Assembly: GCA_963675915.1 (NCBI GenBank)
Contig: OY780959.1
Span: forward strand, 1,560,001 to 1,592,000
From: Coprobacillaceae bacterium
GTDB lineage: Bacteria > Bacillota_I > Bacilli_A > Erysipelotrichales > Coprobacillaceae
Direction: 5' to 3'
DNA length: 32,000 bases
The notes below the pieces were generated by a model. The model was not told where the DNA came from. It searched no databases and was given only the letters and a program-made list of their open reading frames with translations. Made by a program: the position numbers and the translations under genes. This document shows, one piece after another, positions 27,293 to 32,000 of this stretch (the first letter of the stretch is position 1; each line of letters begins with the position of its first letter).

Positions 27293-27302
27293 TTAACCCC
27301 TC

Positions 27303-27872
27303 CTAGGTACTGGCCAAAATAGCCAGTGCCGCTTTTACATATCCATTGGTATCCATTTTTTGATCCTTGATTATTCTGATCACCTTGTCGACATCAGTTG
27401 CTTTGTAACCCAGGGCCACAAGAACTTCCCGGGCTTCGTTGAGGTCGGCGTTGTCTTTGGTCTTCGCTTCGATTTCACCGGCAACAAGCTTTCCTTTAAG
27501 ATCAAGAATAATCTGTTGAGCTGCCTTGGGCCCGACTCCAGGCAATTTCTTCAGGTACTTGACATCACTATCTTCAATTGCTTTGACTATCTGATTGAAA
27601 TCATCAAAGCCGAGGATGGCAATCGCGGTCTTGCAACCGATATTTTTGACCTGGATCAGTTTTTCAAAGAAGAACTTCTCATCTTTCGAAAGAAATCCAA
27701 AAAGTGCCAGATCATCTTCTTTGACCTGTTGATGGATGAAGATCTTCACTTCCTGATTCAACTTCAGCTTCAAACCATTGGGCATGAAGACGAAGTAGCC
27801 GATTCCATTGTTTTCAATTACGATATTGGCGGGCGTGGTCTCGACCACCATCCCTTTGATATAACTGTACAT
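27303..27872 (-). CDS. ruvA: Holliday junction DNA-binding protein RuvA
   Basis: 189 aa. N-terminal OB fold (MYSYIKGMV) and HhH motifs (KLPGVGPKAAQQI). Sits directly upstream of ruvB. Confidence 0.9.
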   Translation of the reverse strand: MYSYIKGMVVETTPANIVIENNGIGYFVFMPNGLKLKLNQEVKIFIHQQVKEDDLALFGFLSKDEKFFFEKLIQVKNIGCKTAIAILGFDDFNQIVKAIEDSDVKYLKKLPGVGPKAAQQIILDLKGKLVAGEIEAKTKDNADLNEAREVLVALGYKATDVDKVIRIIKDQKMDTNGYVKAALAILAST

Positions 27873-27889
27873 TAGCTTACCTCTACTAT

Positions 27890-27898
27890 ATTATACAC
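27890..27898 (-). promoter_or_regulatory. -10 element for ruvAB (gTGTATAAT)
   Basis: On the minus strand, tataat at 27895-27890 preceded by TG, about 17 nt upstream of the ruvA ATG. No convincing -35 box. Confidence 0.45.
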
Positions 27899-27992
27899 GA
27901 TATTTTCATGTTTTGGTTTCAATTTCATTCCACCTCATTGTATCAAATTTAAGGGGATATTAAAAGAGCCGGACCCCATTATTGAATCCCGG

Positions 27993-28043
27993 AAAAACAA
28001 AACCCCCGGATGCCATGACCGTAGTGAGATGGCAATCCCGGGG
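27993..28043 (-). terminator. Strong intrinsic terminator after obg
   Basis: The minus-strand RNA forms ccccgggauugccau / auggcauccgggg (13 bp with two 1-nt bulges, 12-nt loop), followed by GUUUUGUUUUU. Confidence 0.8.
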
Positions 28044-28056
28044 ATTGAAAATATTA

Positions 28057-29340
28057 TTATTCCATAAATTCGAATTCAAAGTCGAGGATTCTGACACTGT
28101 CCCCGTTTTCAACTCCAGCTTCACGCAAGGCATCATCGATACCCATATTACGCATTTGAACAGCCAATCGCTTGATTGAATCATCAGAAACAAGTGAAGT
28201 CATCGATACGAGACGTTCAATCTTCTTACCTTTGACAAGCCACATACCATTACCTTCATTGACGATAGTAAATGCTTTTTCCTTATCAGGTCTGAATTTG
28301 TATTCAACCACATTTTCTTCTTCAATTTCTTCAGGCTCGATGGAAATCTTGTCAAGCGCGTCAGCAACTGCATAAAGAACCTTGTCCACACCTTCGTGGA
28401 TGATGGCACTGATTCCAAAGACCGGATAATCTTCCTGTAACTGTTCCTTGAAGCGGGCCAGGTTTTCCTCAGCTCCCTCTTCATCCATTTTATTGGCAAC
28501 GATTATTTGCGGACGGTTAAGCAGATTATAACGGTACTGCGAAAGCTCCTCGTTGATTTTCAGGTAGTCTTCATAAGGATCACGACCTTCAGTACCGCCC
28601 ATGTCGATTACGTGAACGATAACCCGACATCTTTCAATGTGACGCAAAAACTGCAATCCCAGTCCCTTACCTTGGCTCGCACCTTCAATCAGACCTGGAA
28701 GGTCGGCCATAACAAATGAACGGCCATCAGGTACCTGAACCACTCCCAAGTTTGGAACAATGGTAGTGAAATGGTAATCGGCGATCTGAGGTCTTGCCCG
28801 AGATACAACCGAAAGCAAAGTCGATTTACCTACTGAAGGGAAACCAACCAGACCGACATCGGCCAGCAGTTTCAATTCGCAGACAAGATCAAATTTCTCA
28901 CCAGGTTCACCACGTTCGCAGATTTGGGGAGCCGGATTTCGCGATGTTGCGAAACGGGCATTCCCGCGTCCGCCACGACCACCTTTGGCAATCTGAGCTC
29001 TTTGTTTGTCAGCTGTCAGATCGGCTAGGATATCTCCGGTTTCTTCATCATAAATCACTGTACCGACTGGGACTCTGATAATCAGGTCGCCCGCATCAGC
29101 ACCGTGACATTTTTTCGGCATTCCGTTTTGACCAGGTTTGGCTTTGTATGAACGGTTGTATTTCAAATCCAACAAAGTTGTCAGTGATGTTGTTGCTTCA
29201 AAGATGACTGAACCACCTTTTCCACCGTCTCCACCGGCAGGACCGCCTTTTGGCACATAGGCTTCACGTCTGAAGGCAACTACCCCATCTCCGCCTTTTC
29301 CTGATTCTACATGAATGCTTGCTTTATCAATAAATTTCAA
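28057..29340 (-). CDS. obg: GTPase Obg/CgtA
   Basis: 427 aa. Glycine-rich Obg fold, G1 GFPSVGKST and a C-terminal OCT domain. TTG start with AAAGGAG SD 8 nt upstream. Confidence 0.93.
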   Translation of the reverse strand: MKFIDKASIHVESGKGGDGVVAFRREAYVPKGGPAGGDGGKGGSVIFEATTSLTTLLDLKYNRSYKAKPGQNGMPKKCHGADAGDLIIRVPVGTVIYDEETGDILADLTADKQRAQIAKGGRGGRGNARFATSRNPAPQICERGEPGEKFDLVCELKLLADVGLVGFPSVGKSTLLSVVSRARPQIADYHFTTIVPNLGVVQVPDGRSFVMADLPGLIEGASQGKGLGLQFLRHIERCRVIVHVIDMGGTEGRDPYEDYLKINEELSQYRYNLLNRPQIIVANKMDEEGAEENLARFKEQLQEDYPVFGISAIIHEGVDKVLYAVADALDKISIEPEEIEEENVVEYKFRPDKEKAFTIVNEGNGMWLVKGKKIERLVSMTSLVSDDSIKRLAVQMRNMGIDDALREAGVENGDSVRILDFEFEFME

Positions 29341-29360
29341 GAGTTATGCTCCTTTCTACA

Positions 29361-29386
29361 AAAAAAAGCCCATTCAGGGCTTTTGT
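29361..29386 (-). terminator. Intrinsic terminator or attenuator between rpmA and obg
   Basis: The minus-strand RNA forms aaaagccc-ugaau-gggcuuuu, followed by UUUUG. Confidence 0.65.
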
Positions 29387-29388
29387 CA

Positions 29389-29673
29389 TTAAGCTGCTGG
29401 GTAAACAGATACTTGTTTACGATCTCTTCCTAATCTTTCGAACTTAACTACTCCATCAACTGTTGCGAATAAAGTGTCATCTCCACCTTTTCCAACGTTA
29501 GTTCCTGGATGAACTTTAGTTCCTCTTTGACGGTAGATAATTGAACCTGCAGTACAGAATTGACCATCAGCCAATTTAGCTCCTAATCTTTTTGATTTAG
29601 AGTCACGTCCGTTTTTTGTAGAACCTACCCCTTTTTTAGAAGCGAATAATTGTAAATTTAATTTTAACATCAT
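29389..29673 (-). CDS. rpmA: 50S ribosomal protein L27, with a cleavable N-terminal extension
   Basis: [11 protein letters not shown]|[14 protein letters not shown]. The Bacillota-type propeptide motif [10 protein letters not shown] matches the Prp cleavage site. Confidence 0.95.
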   Translation of the reverse strand: MMLKLNLQLFASKKGVGSTKNGRDSKSKRLGAKLADGQFCTAGSIIYRQRGTKVHPGTNVGKGGDDTLFATVDGVVKFERLGRDRKQVSVYPAA

Positions 29674-29677
29674 AGTG

Positions 29678-30001
29678 TTACACCTCCACTTTAGTAATTT
29701 TTATATTATCATTGTGAGATTCTTCGACAGTCATCAAGCCAATCATCAGTGTCTCTAGTACCACTTGATAATCATTTTGATAACTTAATACTTGAATATC
29801 AGTAAATCCTTCTTCGATTTCATAAATGCAATCAGGTTTCTTAAAAGCCCCTTTGTAATCCAAAGTGTTTAAGACCGAGTAAACCAAAGTACTCACTCCC
29901 GCACAAACCAGATCAAATCCCGGATCACCCGAAAGTGCATGACCAGAAATCGTTATTTGTTTAATTTCACTTTTGCTACTTTTAATAGTAACTTCGATCA
30001 T
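29678..30001 (-). CDS. prp: Ribosomal-processing cysteine protease Prp (YsxB family)
   Basis: 107 aa between rplU and rpmA. Conserved His (SGHA) and Cys (VCAGVS) dyad. Confidence 0.85.
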   Translation of the reverse strand: MIEVTIKSSKSEIKQITISGHALSGDPGFDLVCAGVSTLVYSVLNTLDYKGAFKKPDCIYEIEEGFTDIQVLSYQNDYQVVLETLMIGLMTVEESHNDNIKITKVEV

Positions 30002-30003
30002 TA

Positions 30004-30312
30004 TTATCCGTTAATTGCAGTAACAGTTAATTTTGTATAAGGTTGTCTGTGACCTTGTTTTTTATGATAATGTTTTTTAGCATTATATTTGAAAATAGTC
30101 ACTTTCTTTTCTTTACCTTGTTTTTCAACTGTTGCAGTAACTGTTGCACCATCTAAATATGGAGCACCAATTTTAGCAGCTTCGTCACCGATGAATAATA
30201 CTTTGTCAAAAGTAAAATCAGCTCCTGCTTCTACATCTAATTTTTCAACGAAAATAGTTGAACCTACTTCAACTTTTAATTGTTTTCCGCCTGTTTCAAT
30301 AATTGCGTACAT
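30004..30312 (-). CDS. rplU: 50S ribosomal protein L21
   Basis: 102 aa reading [17 protein letters not shown], a canonical L21. AGGAGGTG SD present. Ends in three tandem in-frame stops, TAA TAA TGA, that contain the prp ATG. Confidence 0.95.
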   Translation of the reverse strand: MYAIIETGGKQLKVEVGSTIFVEKLDVEAGADFTFDKVLFIGDEAAKIGAPYLDGATVTATVEKQGKEKKVTIFKYNAKKHYHKKQGHRQPYTKLTVTAING

Positions 30313-30412
30313 GCTTGCGCACCTCCTATGATTTTCTTAGACTCGCCAACCAAGGCAGCTTCCGCTTTGACACCTCTTATGCGCGGTTGTAGCTAGAGGT
30401 CTACAACACAGG
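30313..30412 (-). promoter_or_regulatory. L21-leader-like structured 5' UTR of the rplU-prp-rpmA operon
   Basis: About 100-nt UTR in the position of the Rfam L21 leader. Stem gttgtag/ctacaac with loop acctctag. The loop ACCUCU complements both an upstream AGAGGU and the SD GGAGGU. Confidence 0.55.
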
Positions 30413-30413
30413 A

Positions 30414-30442
30414 ATTTTACCACTAAATCAACCTGGTGTCAA
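30414..30442 (-). promoter_or_regulatory. Sigma-A promoter for rplU (TTGACA-17-TAAAAT)
   Basis: On the minus strand, ttgaca at 30442-30437, a 17-nt spacer, then taaaat at 30419-30414. Lies immediately after the mreD stop. Confidence 0.7.
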
Positions 30443-30449
30443 CCATTAT

Positions 30450-30968
30450 TTAATAAAAAGTTTGGTCAACTTCAAATGTTTTCAGTCGATCAACCACCAG
30501 ATAGACCAACACCCCCACAATCAGGTTTCCAACCACGGTTGGAAGATAGCGCAAGGTGATGAACTGTTCGATTGAAAGATTGGTCCTTTGAAATACCGTA
30601 TAGACAATAAAAGGAATAACCTGATTGATTGTGATCAATCCGATTGTGATGACCACACTCTCAAAAAAAGAAATCTTCCGGGTTTGGATATAGTGATTGA
30701 CCAGGTAGGTGTCAATCACGAAAAGCCAGACATAAATGAACTGGGAATTGGCATAAATGATTGAATAGTACAGTCCCACCACCAGGGCATAGGCATACTG
30801 GTGCCGGCGGGAAACCGTATTGACAACGTATGCGAACATGATCACTCCGACACTGGAGATATACTCGAACATATTCGAAATCCGATATGGCACAAAATAG
30901 GTAATTGTCGAGTCGATTGCAAAAGCAACGACAAGAAATAGCGACAATCTGACAATTTTATTTTTCAT
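30450..30968 (-). CDS. mreD: Rod shape-determining protein MreD (by position and membrane topology)
   Basis: About 172-aa polytopic hydrophobic protein starting 1 nt after the mreC stop. ATG 30968 (MKNKIVRLSLFL, AGAGG SD) preferred over the track start at 31007. Confidence 0.6.
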   Translation of the reverse strand: MKNKIVRLSLFLVVAFAIDSTITYFVPYRISNMFEYISSVGVIMFAYVVNTVSRRHQYAYALVVGLYYSIIYANSQFIYVWLFVIDTYLVNHYIQTRKISFFESVVITIGLITINQVIPFIVYTVFQRTNLSIEQFITLRYLPTVVGNLIVGVLVYLVVDRLKTFEVDQTFY

Positions 30969-30969
30969 A

Positions 30970-31806
30970 TCAGCCTCTTTGGACCACGGAAATGTATTCC
31001 AGGTCATTCAGATTTGCTGCCAGTTTGACCAACAGGACTTTTCTGGTCGCATCACCATAGTCATGAAGCCGCAAAGTGGTTCCCACAAAAATCCCCTTGG
31101 GTGCCTTGTCCTGTCCGCCAAGTCCCGATGTGTAGACCTTGATATCCGGTTGGATAACCTCGACATTGGTCAAAACATTTATCACCAGCGCTTCATTTTC
31201 ATCATCATAACCTTCAACCAGACCGTAGCAGACAGTGCCGTCTTCGACCGTGAACATAATTGGTACTTCATTGACATAATTTCCGGAAGTAAGCAACATG
31301 ACGTTGGCTGTTATCGGTGTCGTTGACGTGATTACTCCGACCATCCCCATATTGTTTACCACCACCATGTCCTTGGAAAGGCCACTGTTTTCACCACCAT
31401 TGATGGTGATTTCATCATCCCATTTGTCAAAAGACCGCGTCATCAGCGAGAAAGTCTTGACCTGATACTCAGTTGGCAGATGTTCCAGATCCAACTGTTC
31501 TTTTAGTTCATTCAGCTCATTGGCCAGGACATCCGTATTCGCCTCGATTGAAGCATAGGAATTCAGTTTTTCTTGAAGCAACCGGTTTTCGTTGTATACA
31601 TCGGTCACCGCATGGATTTCTTCAAATATATTTGCAACCATTTCCAATGGCTGTTTGACTACATAATATTCTATCGAGGCTACTGTATCATGCAAAACCG
31701 ACTCCAAATACGTACGATTCCGGCTCGTCAATGATTGAACGGTAACCACTACCAGACTAAAAACAATTATTACAACCAAAATCGTTCTTACCAAGTTGTT
31801 TTTCAA
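30970..31806 (-). CDS. mreC: Rod shape-determining protein MreC
   Basis: N-terminal TM segment, coiled coil (ENRLLQEKLNSY ... LNELKEQL) and a beta-rich C-terminal domain. I prefer TTG 31806 (GAGGTGA SD 5 nt upstream). The track start at 31854 would lie inside the predicted promoter. Confidence 0.8.
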   Translation of the reverse strand: MKNNLVRTILVVIIVFSLVVVTVQSLTSRNRTYLESVLHDTVASIEYYVVKQPLEMVANIFEEIHAVTDVYNENRLLQEKLNSYASIEANTDVLANELNELKEQLDLEHLPTEYQVKTFSLMTRSFDKWDDEITINGGENSGLSKDMVVVNNMGMVGVITSTTPITANVMLLTSGNYVNEVPIMFTVEDGTVCYGLVEGYDDENEALVINVLTNVEVIQPDIKVYTSGLGGQDKAPKGIFVGTTLRLHDYGDATRKVLLVKLAANLNDLEYISVVQRG

Positions 31807-31825
31807 ATAAATCACCTCGAAAAAT

Positions 31826-31854
31826 ATTATACAAACAAAAGCCCAAAAAAGCAA
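31826..31854 (-). promoter_or_regulatory. Candidate promoter for mreCD (TTGCTT-17-TATAAT)
   Basis: On the minus strand, ttgctt at 31854-31849, a 17-nt spacer, then tataat at 31831-31826. Confidence 0.5.
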
Positions 31855-31855
31855 T

Positions 31856-32000
31856 TCAATTCGAGTTGATTAGCCGGTCAGTCAAAATGCTGTAGTAACA
31901 ATTTTCGCCGAAAATCAAATGATCAACCAATTCCAGTCCAAGTTCCTCCGCCTGACGCTGGAGTATTTTGGTTGCTTCGATGTCATAAGGCGAAGGTCGG
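31856..32000 (-). CDS. radC: RadC-like JAB/MPN domain protein, C-terminal part (gene runs off the window end)
   Basis: Hand translation of the minus strand gives RPSPYDIEATKILQRQAEELGLELVDHLIFGENCYYSILTDRLINSN*. This is the PSxxDxxxT...DHiI motif of the RadC C-terminus. Stop at 31856-31858. Confidence 0.75.
   Translation of the reverse strand, partial: RPSPYDIEATKILQRQAEELGLELVDHLIFGENCYYSILTDRLINSN

Noticed and set aside
27968-27992. A second CCGG-rich hairpin (gccggacccc...atcccgg) downstream of the obg terminator, and recurrent CCCGG/CCGGG motifs at 27968-28045 that look like a REP-type repeat.
   Set aside because: The motifs are accounted for by the arms of the obg terminator stem. The second hairpin is only about 5 bp with a G-U pair, and no similar element occurs elsewhere in the window.

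Overview
This window reads as core chromosome from a low-GC Gram-positive (Bacillota-type) bacterium, with one accessory insertion. I support 31 protein-coding genes, 29 of them on the minus strand, packed tightly with many 4-17 nt overlaps.

From memory of Bacillus subtilis, the gene order looks like compacted versions of three of its blocks:
- asp23(yloU)-yloV-recG-plsX-rnc, divergent from rpmB.
- comEA-comEC-holA ... hemW-hrcA-grpE-dnaK-dnaJ.
- radC-mreC-mreD-rplU-prp-rpmA-obg.

Other genes present are ruvAB, a polar amino-acid ABC transporter (binding lipoprotein, permease, ATPase), pncB, tyrA, a Cof-type HAD phosphatase, pepV, a single-chain L-serine dehydratase and a partial NUDIX gene.

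Regulatory elements readable from the sequence:
- Two CIRCE operators bracketing a sigma-A-type promoter upstream of hrcA.
- An L21-leader-like 5' UTR upstream of rplU.
- About a dozen intrinsic terminators. Three of these minus-strand stems (two terminators and the dnaK-dnaJ hairpin) are complete only through G-U pairs, which fits minus-strand transcription.

The only clearly accessory DNA is an IS30-family insertion sequence of about 1.5 kb at roughly 11381-12876, sitting in the rpmB/asp23 divergent intergenic region. Its transposase carries a 12-cysteine module that includes a CX2CX2CX3C motif. One end of the element forms a perfect 11-bp hairpin, and degenerate copies of its end sequence lie nearby.

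I found no CRISPR array, defence island, toxin-antitoxin pair, prophage, tRNA or rRNA. I see no convincing evidence of a novel multi-gene system here. The findings below are modest observations, and all coordinates and motifs come from manual reading only.
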